Assembly: GCF_009914755.1 (NCBI RefSeq)
Contig: NC_060940.1
Reading direction: 5' to 3' (one strand)
DNA from: the human T2T-CHM13v2.0 reference genome, Homo sapiens
Length of the DNA stretch: 64,000 bases
Shown: in pieces, positions 1 through 15,198 of the stretch
Numbering within the stretch: the first letter of the stretch is position 1
How the letters are laid out: each line of letters opens with the position of its first letter
The notes under the pieces: generated by a model
Database searches by the model: none
Seen by the model: the letters and a program-made list of their open reading frames with translations, nothing else
Told to the model about the DNA's origin: nothing
Translations under genes and position numbers: made by a program

Positions 1-983
1 GACCTGGCAAAATCACACAGCAAATTGTCCCAAACCACACAAACCTCAAACCCAGGCCCTGGTTCTTCCCATGCCATGAGATCAGAGCCACTGCAACTGC
101 TGAAGTTTTCATGGGTGCCGGGCCCAAGCAGCAGGCATACATAAGTGATAGGGCCAGGGGTGAGGGTGCAGTGGGCAGGGAGGGCTGTGGCAAATTAGCG
201 AACCCATGTCCATTTGAAGGCAGCAACCCCACTCCGCTGGAAAAGGGGGCCCAGGTGGCCAGATCATTCCATTTTCAAACAGAGCCTGAAATATATGTTT
301 CTAAGGTAAAGTTGTCTGATATTTAGATGCTGATAATTCAAATTAATATATCTTTATTAATATGTAGTAGCCAAAAGAGCCCATCTCCAGGCTAAATTAG
401 ATGTCCGTGTGCGACCTCTGGGTTAAAATGATGACTCAGGACCAGGGACTAATGTGATTTTTGTAGTTAGGATTAGTTCCTGCTTCCTAACACCCCCTCC
501 CCACCCCTCAGACTCCTGTCATCCAGGGGTTCACAGAGGATGCTCTGGGGTGTCTGCCACCCAGGAAACTTGAATGCATCATTCTCTACCCAGAGGGCCA
601 AGTCTCAGCCCTCCTGAGCAAGGACGGTGGGGCAGGAAGGTGGAGACGGGATTGTTGCCTAGTCGGTCTGGAGCCAGCCGCTTGGCAGCAGAAATCAGTC
701 GGTAATCACATTGCCACAGCGGCTCCTGGGCTGCGTGCCAGGCAGTCTGCATGAAAAGTCTCCCCAGATCCTCCTCCAAATTACCTTGAGAAATCTATAA
801 ACGCGGTACACCACAGCAACAAAATCATATGATCATCTCAATAGATGCAGAAAAAGTAATTGACAACATTCAACATCATTCCATGATCAAATCTTTCAAC
901 CAATTACATATAGAAGAAATGGACCGCAATACAATAAAGGTCATATGTGACAAGCCCGCAGCTGACATCATACCTAATGGTGA

Positions 984-1451
<468 letters not shown>

Positions 1452-1743
1452 TAGAGCAATTAGGCAAGAGGAAGAAATGAAAGGCATCCAAATTGGAAGG
1501 GAAGAAATTAAATTGTTCCTCTTTGCAGATAATTTGATCTTATATATAAAAAAAAACCCTAAAGATTCCACCAAAAAACTGTTAGAACTGATAAGCCAAT
1601 TCAGTAAAGTTGCAGGATATAAAATCAACATAGAAAATTCAGTAGCATTTCAATATATTAACAATGAACTATCTGAAAAAGAAATGAAACAACCCAATTT
1701 ACAATAGCTATAAAATAAAATAAAATGCTTAGGAATAAATTTA

Positions 1744-2149
<406 letters not shown>

Positions 2150-2616
2150 CTATAAAACCAATATATAAAATATAGGGGAAAAACCCTATGATATTGGTCT
2201 AAGCAATGATTTTTAAAAATATGAACCCAAGAGCACAGGCAATGAAAGCAAAAATATACAAAATGGGATTACATCAAACTAAAAAGCTTCTGCACAGCCA
2301 AGGAAACAATCAACATAGTGAAGAAACACCCTACAGAACGGGAGAAAATACTTGCAAACCGTAAGTCAAATAAGGGGTTAATATCCAAAATATATAAGAA
2401 ACTCAACTCAATTGTAAGGAAAAAAACTGATTTTAAAAAATGGGCAAAGAATCTGAATAGACATTCCTCGGTGTCTCAAAAGATGACATACAAATGGCCA
2501 ACAGGTATATGAAAAGATGCTTAACATCACTAATCATCAGAGAAATGCAAATCAAAACCGCAATGAAATATTAACTTCTCACCTGTTAGAATGGCAATTA
2601 TCAAAAAAACAAGATA

Positions 2617-2982
<366 letters not shown>

Positions 2983-3085
2983 TTATGGAAAAGAATACGG
3001 AAGTTCCACCAAAAGTTAAAAATGGAACTACCATATGATTCAGCTGTTGGGTACAGATCCAAGGGAAATGAAAACAGTACGTTGA

Positions 3086-3391
<306 letters not shown>

Positions 3392-3883
3392 TGAGTGGAT
3401 CAAGGAAATGTCCTATATATACACAATAGAATTCAGCCTTTAAGATGAAGGAAATTTTGTCATTTGTGAACCTTGAGGACATTATGTTAAGTGAAATAAG
3501 CTAAACACAGAAAGACACATACCATATGATCTCACTTATACGTGGAGTGTAAAAAAGTTGAACTCACAGAAGGAGAGAATAGAATGGTAGTTACCAGGGG
3601 CTGGGGAGGGGTGAGAGGTGGGGAGATAGATGTTGGTTAAAGGGTACAAAGATTCAGCTAGATAGGAAGCACAAATGTGAGAGATCTATTATACAGCCTG
3701 TGACTCTAGTTAATAGCAATGTATTTGTAAAAATTGTTAAGAGTAGATCTAAACTGTTCTCACCACAAAAAATGATGAACATATGAGGAAATGTGTATGT
3801 TAATTAGCTCAATTTAGCCATTCCACAATGTATACATAATTCAAAACAACAATTATACACAAAAATATATACAATTTATGTCA

Positions 3884-4219
<336 letters not shown>

Positions 4220-5765
4220 TTAAAAGAGCCTAGGGAAAAAAAAACTCAAATCTCACATAACCCTGACAGATCGTAACTGTTACTGCTCACATGCAAGCTG
4301 AGAAAACAGAGGCTCAGAGAGTTTCGATGGCCAATCCACGGTCATACCGCCTGTGCAAGGTGGGCCTGGATAAGATACTGCATCACTGACCCCAAGGCCA
4401 CGTGCTTAATGCTCTGTTTCACTGCCTGCCTCTGAGTATTTTGGAGACTGTGCCTTCTACACTAAGGAGAAGTCAGCCTTGCACAAATGGGTTAAAGACA
4501 GGTCTCCGGCTGCAAGGGGGATGACTGGATGACTTTCCTGAAATAGATACAGGTTCTGTCTCGGCTCTCTGCCTACAGCACAAGGCTCAGAAAATGAACT
4601 GCCCACAGGCCCAGCCAGAGGCTTCCTGGGGTCCTGCTTATTCCAGTGTCAGACCAGAAGCCCCTGTATGGCCTTGGGCAAGTCACCTCGAAGCCCTTGG
4701 GCTGCCTCTGTCTGCTCATCTGTCAAATGGGCAGGATTTGCCTGGCCTGTGCAGCCTGACCTATTTGAGTAAGATCAGAAGGGCCAATGAGAATCTCACA
4801 GAAAAGTCAAAAAAAGACTGCCAGATGTTGTTCTGGTGATTCTTCTGGATTCTTCATCACTAAACATTGGGAGCAGCTTTCCTTGTCTGTAATGCCAAGA
4901 ATCCCAGCTCTACGCTTACTGGCAGGGCTCTGTCTCTGAACCTCAGTTCTCTCATCTGTGAAATGGGATGAGAGAATAATAGAATCTGCCATTCAGGCTG
5001 CCTTAGCCGTGAGTGGCATGGAAAAAAATCGTAAGTCAAATGGAGGCCATTATTATTGTTCTTGTCATTATTATTATTAATCCCAGAGGAGGCGGTGATC
5101 TGCAGGGTTATGAAATCACCCACGTGGATTGAGAAACCTTTTGCACAAAAATCCCCAGCTATCAAAACACCTAAACAGCCCAGTGGTGGCGCTGTCAGCA
5201 TCACCGGGGGCTGTCTAGGGGCCATGTTACCAAAGCCGTATGGCCCCTGCTTGACAGGGTGCCCAGTGCCTGCCAAGGCCCCCTCTTGTGCAGCCCAGAA
5301 GCAGCAAGCCATCAACTTCCAGAAAGTTCCCAAGTCCCAGGGATTTCCAAGCAAAGGAACAGACAGATTGGCTGAGGTTGGCTTCCTGGAGACACCCTCC
5401 GGCTTTCCAAGTTTAAGATCCAGGGAGCAGCAGTGGCAGCCAGCTCTCAAAAGCTTACCCGTCCACTCCTCCCGCCTTGTGCCATCCCGCAGGCCGTGCC
5501 CCAACATTAAGGTCCTCACTGTCACCTTCAGCAGACTGTCCACCTGAAATCCCAGCCCCAAAAGCAGGAAGGAGGGGAGCCTTAGGGAGAGGCAGCCACC
5601 TACTTGGATCTCTCGGTCGGGACCAGTCAGGATGCCCATGGTGCAGGGGTTCAGCTGGGGGCTGTGGCGTTCATCCCAAGCCTGGGTCGGTGCATGCAAG
5701 TGGGAGCCCAGCTCCCGAGCCAGGGTGGCTCCAGTGGCAGAGGAGCCAGCAATCCTTCCTGCTTC

Positions 5766-5891
5766 TAATCAGATTGAGGAGATGTGCAGGGAATGGCAGA
5801 AGCATCCCCAGGGAGGCCAGGTGGAACCAAAAGGCCTCGGTTGCTAGGGAAAGCTGAGCTGTTGCCTGTAGATACCGGGTCTCTAGGCGAC
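5766..5891 (-). promoter_or_regulatory. Candidate internal CNGB1 promoter/enhancer: homeodomain palindrome + EBF/Olf-1 + three RFX X-boxes
   Basis: TAATCAGATTG 5766-5776; TCCCCAGGGA 5805-5814; GTTGCTAGGGAAAG 5840-5853; GTTGCCTGTAGATAC 5861-5875; GTCTCTAGGCGAC 5879-5891. Confidence 0.5.
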
Positions 5892-6149
5892 CATCTGCCC
5901 GTTACCAGGCCCTCACATCATCAGTAACCTGTGTCTCTGCAAAGCTGGCCAAGAGCATCCTTCCCCAGCCATTGACAGCCCAGTTTTTCTTGCCCTGGGC
6001 CTCACACCCTCTGGCCCTGGCCCTGTGATCACCAACTCTGTCACTCCCTTGTCCCTCCCTGGGCCTGGAGCCCAAAAGTTCCCCAAGTTCAAAACTCTGG
6101 GTAAACATTTGTATGAAGATGTTCACGCCTGCAGCATCTGCCGGTAACT

Positions 6150-6460
6150 CTGGATGCATGTGCATTTGTGCAAGGCTGTCACGTGGATGTGTGCAAGTAT
6201 GTACATGTGTGCCTGTGTGCACACACATGTATGAATATGTATGAATGTGCTGCCTGTGCTTGTGCATATATGAAGCATGTGTGTGGGTATACGTGTGTGC
6301 ATGCCTGTACATGTAAGTGTGTGCATAACCCAGCATGTATGTCTGTGTTGGTGTGCTGGTGCATATGGGTATAGTGCAGATATGTGTGTGTGTGCCCATG
6401 TGTACTGCATTCTGAGAACATGTGTATAGTTAGTACACATCTGCACATGCATGTATGTGA
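6150..6460. repeat. Degenerate (TG/TA/CA)n alternating purine-pyrimidine tract
   Basis: gtgtgc/atgtgt-rich low-complexity sequence. Confidence 0.85.
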
Positions 6461-8570
6461 GCATAGTTGATCACTGGCCTTCAAAGGGTGTCTCAGATCC
6501 AGAGCAGTGGCAAATACAGGGGTTTTCCAGCCTGGGTGTTAGGTGTACAAGTTCAGCAAGGCAGCCACTTGTAGCTATACACCCCACACAGAAGCACAGC
6601 TCCATAGAAAGCAGAGGGCAAACAAGCTGCTCTAATGAAACCAGGCAGCAGCTAAGTTCCTCATCTTGCTGGGACTGCAGGGTGGCTCAGAAGGCAGAAT
6701 TAGGACAAGTCAGGAAGGGACAGAAGCCATAGGGAAGCAGGCTTAGTTTTGGTCTAAGAAATAATTTCACAAGTCAGCGGGGCATATGGATGACATGGAC
6801 AGCCTTTGAGAGGTTGTGAGCTCCCCGTCATTGGAGGTAAGCAAGTAGAGGCTGTGTGGCCTCCTGTCAAGGATGGAAAGAGTCTATGTGAACTGAGTAA
6901 GGATGGACTAAAAGCAGCTGACACTGAACAGGCTTCCAGCTCTGAAATCCTGTTTAACTATTTCCTGACTGGAACGAAAAGAGGCCACTGGGGGACGAGA
7001 ACATCAGTGGCCATCGATGGGGCACTTACTCCCCTACAACTTCCATCATCACCGCTGGCCCTGATGACCCCTCTGCAGGAGCCTTTTATTATCCCCCATT
7101 TTACAGATGTGGAGGCAGAAGCTCTGAGCGGGTACACCACTTGCCCCAGTCATTTCACTAACAGAAGCAAAGTGGAGTTGGCGTTTCTGATGCCAAAGCC
7201 TGTGCTCCTAACACTCACAGTGCTATCCTGTCTCAGGCCATGGCCAGAGGGACAGGTCAGGGAGAAAGGACGCGGGTCATGAGGTACCATGGTGGTCAGA
7301 GACACAGGGACATAATGCCAGGGGACTGGAGCAAGGAGAGAGTAACTTACTGTCACCTGGCCCACCATAACAGTCTCCTCACTGTTCTCCCTGCCTCAAT
7401 CTTTCTCCAACACAGCTGCCAGATCATGCCACTCTCCTGCTCATGAACCTTCAATGGCTCCCCATCGCCTTTGGGAAAACAAGTTCAAGGCTTTACAACC
7501 TGCTTTTGAGGCAGTCCTTCTTTCTTCTTCTTCTTCTTTTTTTTTTTTTTTAAGTAGAGATGGGGTTTTGCTATGTTGGCTAGGCTGGTCTCGAACTCCT
7601 GGGTTCAAGTGATCCACCCACCTCGGCCTCCCAGAGTGCTGGGATTACAAGCGTGAGCCACCACGCCTGGTCGACCTTCCTGAAACACTAACTTGGCTTC
7701 TGGGCCCCATACTCTTCTTGTCTCTGCCCTGCTCACTGGTGCCTCCTCCTCAGTCCTTTTTGGTTCCTCATCTCCCCAACCTCTGGTCTTGTCCATGAGC
7801 CTCTCCTCTATCCACACTCGCTCCCTGGGCATCTCCTCGAGCCCCACAGCTTTCAATGCCACCTACATGCCCAGAATCCCAATGTCACATCTCCAGCCCC
7901 ACCTCTCCTGCTCCTAACTCCAGGCACAGGTGTCCAACTGCCTGCTCTTCCCCATGCGTATCCCCCTGTCCAGTCATCCTTCCACTCACCCTCCATAGTG
8001 TTTCCTGATCTCCAGTGTTTAATTTTTATTTTAACTGAACTCTTCTGTGTGTTTAACATTGAAATATATGGATGTGGGTGGACGATCGACCATTACTGGG
8101 CAGTAGAGCAGAATCCAGGACAGCCCTAGAAGGCATCAAAGGCAACCAAGGTGGGTGGATATGGAGGGGAGGCAGCCTTGGCTTTGTGAATAAAGGGAGA
8201 ACTGGGAGCCCACTGCATATGTCCATGCAGACAACTAACATTTATTTGGTGCCCACTGTGTACCAGGCACTGTTCTAGGCTCTAGGGACATGGCAGTGAA
8301 AGCAACAGATAAAAGCCCCAGCCCTCTTGGAGGCTGCATTCTAGTGTGTGGGGGGGGGGATGTGGAGTGGTGGGTAATATGATTCCCAGGTCATGATGAG
8401 CACAGCAGGGGAACCCCAGCTTCTCGCAGCCTCTTTGGTCAAAGCCCAGCCTTACACAGCACAGAACAACAGAAAGGAGCTCCCATGAGCAGCAAAGAGT
8501 GCCCAGACCCCAGGAGCTCAGCCAACCCCAGCCCCAGGGCCGTTCCCAGACAGGTGAGCAAATGACTTAC

Positions 8571-8657
8571 TCAGTCACCTCCTCCTCTTCCTCCTCCTCC
8601 TCCTCTTCCTCTTCCTCCTCCTCATCTTCTTTCTCCTCTTCAATCCGGGACAGCTCT
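8571..8657 (-). CDS. CNGB1: CNGB1 exon 14 (poly-Glu: ELSRIEEEKEDEEEEEEEEEEEEEEEVT), c.1035-1121
   Basis: aactcag|agagctg ... gtgactga|gtaagt; in frame with exon 13. Confidence 0.95.
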
Positions 8658-9588
8658 CTGAGTTGGGGTTAGAGGCAGGAGGTGAGCCCACCCGAAGCTG
8701 CCCCGCTGAGTCTACCTCCTGCCTCTATTTTCTGTAGGATGTCCCATGACACCTGAGCCCAGACCTGGACTTTCCAACCAAGGCTCAACCTGGGGAGCCC
8801 CACCCGAGCAACCCTGAACTCTCTCTGGCAACAAACCCTCTCCTCTGCATGAGGGGACTGTCCCAGCCACTGTCCTGGTGGTGACCCTAGGTCAGCCTCT
8901 GATCCTCTCTGGGCCTCAGTTTCCCCATCTTAGCTATGTAAGTTATGGGCTTCAGAACCCGAGACCTCCCACTGTCACCAAGCATCTCTAGTAGGAACAA
9001 AGATTGCGACATCCCTGTGGAAGGCGACTTGGCAATCATGACCACAATTCCACATTCCCATGACCAATGACCCAGCAATTCCCCTCTAGAAATCTCCTGC
9101 AGACGTATTCACACATGTGCAAAGACATGCATACAAGAGTGCCTGATGCAGAATTGTTCATAATAACAAAATTTTGGAACCAACCTAAATGTCCATCAAT
9201 AGTGAAGAGGTTTAATGAATTATGGTACAGCCATATGATGGAATACTATGCAGCAGTGAAAAATGAAGATGCCCTCTATATCCTGAATGTGGAAAGACCT
9301 CAAGGTATATTGTTGAATAAATACAGGAAGGTGTAGATAGGTACATGTGCTATGCCATCTTCTGTACAAAAAGAAAAAAGGAGGGAGATGCGAGCTTGCA
9401 TGTACCCAGACTGTCTCTGGAGTGGCACATAAGAACCTGGTAGCCATTCTACCCATGGGAGAAGGATGGCTGTATGAAGGCAGGGGGAAGCAGGCTTGGT
9501 TCCTGCTCTGTGCCTTTTCATCTTTGAGATAAGGTACTGCATGCTTGGCACTTTCTCAAACAATAACTAATCTTTTAGGGTCTTCTCA

Positions 9589-9783
<195 letters not shown>

Positions 9784-11711
9784 TTATGGGATGTGCAGGA
9801 GAGTGGGCTTGGGCCTCTGAGTCCCAGGGAGCCTGCAGGGAGCCCTGGCTGTCGCCAGCAGTGCCTCAGTGCTTAGTCATGCAGTGGGGAAATGGCACTT
9901 TCCATTTTCAGCGGGACCAGATCGGTGTTCCGGTGATAGGTTGAAGCCTGTGCTCATTCACTCTGTCTCCATTATTTTCCCCCCTTCTCCTCTTGAGACA
10001 GAGCTTTGATTATGGTTGATCCTGTTTGTTTCTCACGGGGGATTCCTTCTTAAAGGTTTGTGCAGAGGCAGAAACAATGCTTCCAATCACAGCATCACAG
10101 GGATGCCAAAAGGCCCAGGTTCAGGGTCCACCTGGCCACATCCAGGTGCAGGTGGACTGGATTGTCCTGGGGGATGCAGAGAGAGCTTGCCCGCTTCCTG
10201 CTCTGTAGGTGCCACCCCCGGGTGACAGCACGCCCATACGTTCGGCATTTGCTTCTGAGAGTCCTTCCCTCCCTCCTGGGTCTAGAGGCTCCGCCCTCCA
10301 GGGAAACTCATCTTTCTCATGGGGGTGGTCCCAATTTCAGATGGGAGTCTAATTTTCAACACTTCTTCAAGTATCCTGGTCCTTGACAACAAAAACACCC
10401 TGGGCCTATAAGCCTGGCAGATGCTCAAAGGGAGTGCAGAGCAGTCTCATCAGGAACCTAAGCCTACCCCCAGGCAGGTGTCAGGGACAAAGGACAATGC
10501 CTGAATACTAGGTGTCCCCCGAAAGCTCCAGGGATCTTGGTGGACCTCAGCCAAACATGAATTAGTAATAGTGACTTTTTTGTTGTTGAGACAGGGTCTT
10601 GCTCTATTGCTCAGGCTGGAGCGCATTAGTGCAATTATGGCTCACCTCAGCCTCGACCTCCTGGGCTTAAGCAATCCTCCCACCTCACTCAGCCTTCTGA
10701 GTAACTGGGACTACAGGCATGCACCACCATACCTGGGTAGTAGTAACAATGACTTTAAATGGAAGCCGGCCTCAAGTCTTATCCTGAGACTTTGGCTGTT
10801 ATTGTTCATGATGTTGCATAACAACAATAATAGTAACAGCAGCTGCATTTTTGAGCACTTACTATGTTCCAGGCCCTGTGCTGAATGGCTTACGTGGAAT
10901 AACTCGATTAGTCCTCACATCAACATTTTGGGGTTATAATTTGCATCCCCATTTTATTTTCCCTCTTTTATGTTTTTCTCCCCATTTTACAGATGAGCAA
11001 ACTGAGACACAGATAAATACCTTCTTTTATGGGGTGCTTCCATTGCCAGGCACAGAGCTCCCCACTTCTAGGTACAGATATTATCCCTGTTTCACAGATG
11101 AGGTGCTGCCTGCCCTCTAGGGAAGCCCCAAGAGCATCCTGAACTAGCTGTTTCCATGGTTGCTCCCGGCTCCTCTGGCCCTGCAAACGCCCCTGGGGTT
11201 TGGCCAGGGAGGCTCCTCCAAGTGTGACCCTGAATCCGGTGGTGGGACGCTTTGTCTGTGTCAGTCTATGCTGCTGTCCAGCAATAGTGCCATGTCTCCA
11301 CTCTAAGCAGCCCCTTGGGATGCCAGTTCCTGCCTGGGCATAGCAGGGGACATCCAGGGAACAGAACATCTTGCCTGACAGCACGTGAGCTTTCACAGCA
11401 GCCCCAAAGGGCAGGAACAGTACTTTCCCCCTTTTAAAGAGAGCCAGCTCAGAGAGGCTGAGTGTCTTGTCCCAGGCCACACAGGAAGGTGGAGGCAGAG
11501 CCAGGTCCCCTGACTCCCGTTTTCCCAGTGCACTATCCCAGGTGATAAATGTGCCCCACGAGCGCCTCACTGGCATCAGTGGCCACTCCTTATGGGGTGC
11601 CGTCCTTAAGAATTGATGCTGTCCTTGCTTCCACACTTCCTTTCCTTTCCTTTCCATTAACATTTTCTTTTTAGGTCCTATTTAGTGCGTGGGTGTTTTA
11701 CAAGCATTTCC

Positions 11712-12083
<372 letters not shown>

Positions 12084-12429
12084 TAAAGATTCTGCAGCAC
12101 TGAGAGGAGGACGGTGCCCAAGATCACCAACCTGGAAGGGGAGGGATTGGGTATGCTGCCACACAGCCCCCAGGGCAGGCCCCCAGGAGGCGTGGTGCAG
12201 GAGCCCCTGGCCCACCCCTGGAGCTCCAACTGCCCCTCTCTACAGGCATCTGATTCATAGCTCGCCCAGCTTCTCCGTGGCCCTACCCAGGTGCTCAGGA
12301 GCTATGAGTGCCCTAGTTCCCATAGAAACTGCCACTCCACCCTGGCACACCACCTCCTGGTCAGTGGCCTCTCTGCCCTCAGGGCCATCAAATGAGGTTC
12401 TGACCCTGGCCAGTGAAAGTCAACAGCCT

Positions 12430-12808
<379 letters not shown>

Positions 12809-13914
12809 CTAAGGTCCCCACCTGGACCCCTGGGTCTCTGTCAAAGCCTGAGCCCTAACTCCAAACCTCCATCCTTTCTGGCAGGCCTGGGTCATGATAC
12901 CTCCTTCCTCTGCCTCTCCCTGGCTCAGGCTCACATCTCCTCCTACCTGGCCCCAAAGCACTAACCTCTCACTGGATGTTTCTCAAAGTATGGTCCCAGC
13001 CTCTACCCCGTCATCAGAATCATCTGAGAAAGCAGGTGCTTCTCAATAAAGCAGATTCTTCCATAACCATTGCTTGGTCATAAAAGAAAAAAGAAAGAAA
13101 GAAAGAAAAAAAAAACAACACAGAACCAAATTCCCAGCTCCCGGTACTCTTGAATCAGAAAGTCTGGGGTAGGACATTTTTCATAGTTGGCCCCAGGTGC
13201 TTTGGAAGTGTCCCTGCTTTGATTGCTTTCCCTGTCTCCAATGCTTGCTCAGCCTCAGAGTAATCTTTCTGAAGTCACTCCCCTGCTCAATCACCTTCAA
13301 TGGCTCCCCATTGCCTACAGCTTAGTTTCCTAAAGTCAGGCCCCAACTTCTCTAGTTTTATCTTCTGCATTAAGGATGCTGGGCTCCAGATTAGCTGAAG
13401 TCCCACCACTCTCCTGTATGCCACACTTTATTCCCTCTACTGGGATTGCCCCACCTCATCACCAGTTTGAGACCTCAGGGATCTCAAATCCAAAGGCCTG
13501 CCCAGCCAGGGTGATGATGTAAACAAATGAAGAGGCAGGTGCCACCTGCCTTCAGGTGCCAGCAGCTGCCCAGACTGTCCTCACAAGCACAGTGTGGGCC
13601 CATGACAGCCAAGTCCACCCAGTTTTCAAGAGAAGCCAGATTTTTCCATGTAAAGCTACCTGATTTTTAAATGTTGGCAATCAATTCTAATTTTTAAAAT
13701 CACTCCATGGCCCAAACAAAGACACATGTGGGCCAGCTGGGAGCCAGGACCCCCAGCTCAGGACCCCTGGCTAATTCCTCTCCTCCTGCAACCCAACACC
13801 GCAAGCCCAGGGCTATTCAGTCCACCCACTTTTAAAACCTAAACCCTTCTTTTAGCTTTATCCTAAGCAATAATATCAATGCAATCACAGGTTTGATGTG
13901 CTCATTTACACTCT

Positions 13915-14129
13915 TTTAATGTTAATGAAAACATTTGTTGCTGCTCATTGGTGTCCCCAAGCCTTGGAAGGAGAGAGTGTGGCCAGGCCTAGGGAGAACC
14001 TCTTCTGGGAAAAACTGTATCCTGTCGAGGTGCTGACGGTGCCAGGTACCACACTGGGGGCTGTGCACGCGTCCTCTCAAAGAGATGCTCAATACTGAGT
14101 CCTCCATCCATGGGGCTTTTTAATTTATT
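13915..14129 (-). terminator. CNGB1: Candidate GARP2 polyadenylation signals (AATAAA 14124-14129, ATTAAA 13915-13920)
   Basis: Plus-strand tttatt and tttaat downstream of the GARP2 stop; an Alu monomer (about 14140-14265) lies in this 3'UTR. Confidence 0.55.
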
Positions 14130-14559
14130 AATTTAAAAAAGGTTTTTTAGAGACAGGGTCTCACTGTGTTGCCCACGGTGGTCTCGAACTTCGGGGCTCA
14201 AGCAATCCTCCTGCCTCAGCCTCCCAAAGTGCTGGGATTACAGGCGTGAGCCACCACGCCCGGCTATGGGCCTTTTCCACAGCCCTCTGGGGGTAAGTCC
14301 TGCTGTCTAGCCTAAATCTTGCAGGCTGCCCATGGCTGGCCTTCCCCTTGTTCTGGTCTGGGAGGCTCTGGGGCTGGTGCAGGTGACTCTGGCTCCCCTT
14401 GTCCTGCCTGGGAGTGTGTGGAGAGGGAGGGGTTCGCTGTTCAAATAGGGTGGGGTGTCAGTGGCCACCTCCCCCGGGAAGGTCTTCTCTTCAGGGCATC
14501 CTTCTTTCCTTCCATCCATGTGTCCATCTGAGCTCTCCCAGATTCCCTTCTCCCTTATT

Positions 14560-14585
14560 TCAGAGACCTCCAGCTCCCATCACCC
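14560..14585 (-). CDS. CNGB1: CNGB1 GARP2-specific terminal exon, coding part (RVMGAGGL*); gives 299-aa GARP2
   Basis: tttgtttcag|gg gtg atg gga gct gga ggt ctc tga; 874+26=900 nt. Confidence 0.92.
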
Positions 14586-14734
14586 CTGAAACAAAGGAGA
14601 AGACAGGGTGGGTGGCTGGGTGGACAGGCGGAGGGAATGAGTGAGTGAGTGAGTGAGTGGATGAGTGAATGAATGGGGAAGGTAAGGGACACATATCCCC
14701 CAGCCTCTCAGAGTCTCCCCATGACATGGGACGT

Positions 14735-15198
14735 GAGTGGAATGGTGTCTCCCAAAAAGATAATTGCAAGTCCTAACCCCATTACTTGTGAATGTGACCT
14801 TATTTGGAAATAGCTTCTTTGCAGGTGTGATTAAGTTAAGGATCTCAAAGTGAGATCATCCCGGATTGAGGGTGGGCCCTAAATCCAGTGACTGATGTCC
14901 TTTTTAAAGAACGGAGAGGGAGGCTTGACACACACAGACACAGAGGTAAAGGCTGTGTAGAGACGGAGGCGGGCACTGGAGGACAGCCAGAAGCCAAGGT
15001 TTGCCAAGGACCGCAAGTGGCCACCAGGAGCAAGGAGAGCAGCATGGGCATGTCTCGCTCAGAGCCCCAGGAGGAGCCAACCCTGCTAAAGCCTTGACCC
15101 TGGACTTCTGGCTCCTGAACTGTGGGAGAATCAGTGTCTGTTGTTCTAAGCCGCCCAGTGTGCGCACATCTGTTACGGCAGTCCTAGAAAATGAAACC
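14735..15198 (+). mobile_element. MaLR LTR (MLT1-type)
   Basis: gtcctaacccc..gaatgtgaccttatttggaaatag..gttgttctaagcc..ctagaaaatgaaac. Confidence 0.8.

Noticed and set aside
440-780. Scattered TAAT/GATTA homeodomain words and a 66-codon ORF near the left edge
   Set aside because: No convincing splice sites or motif density above background
5544-5599. A mini-intron that would put ATG 5639 in frame with the next CNGB1 exon
   Set aside because: Only 56 nt with a weak donor (gtag|gtggct), below the usual human intron minimum
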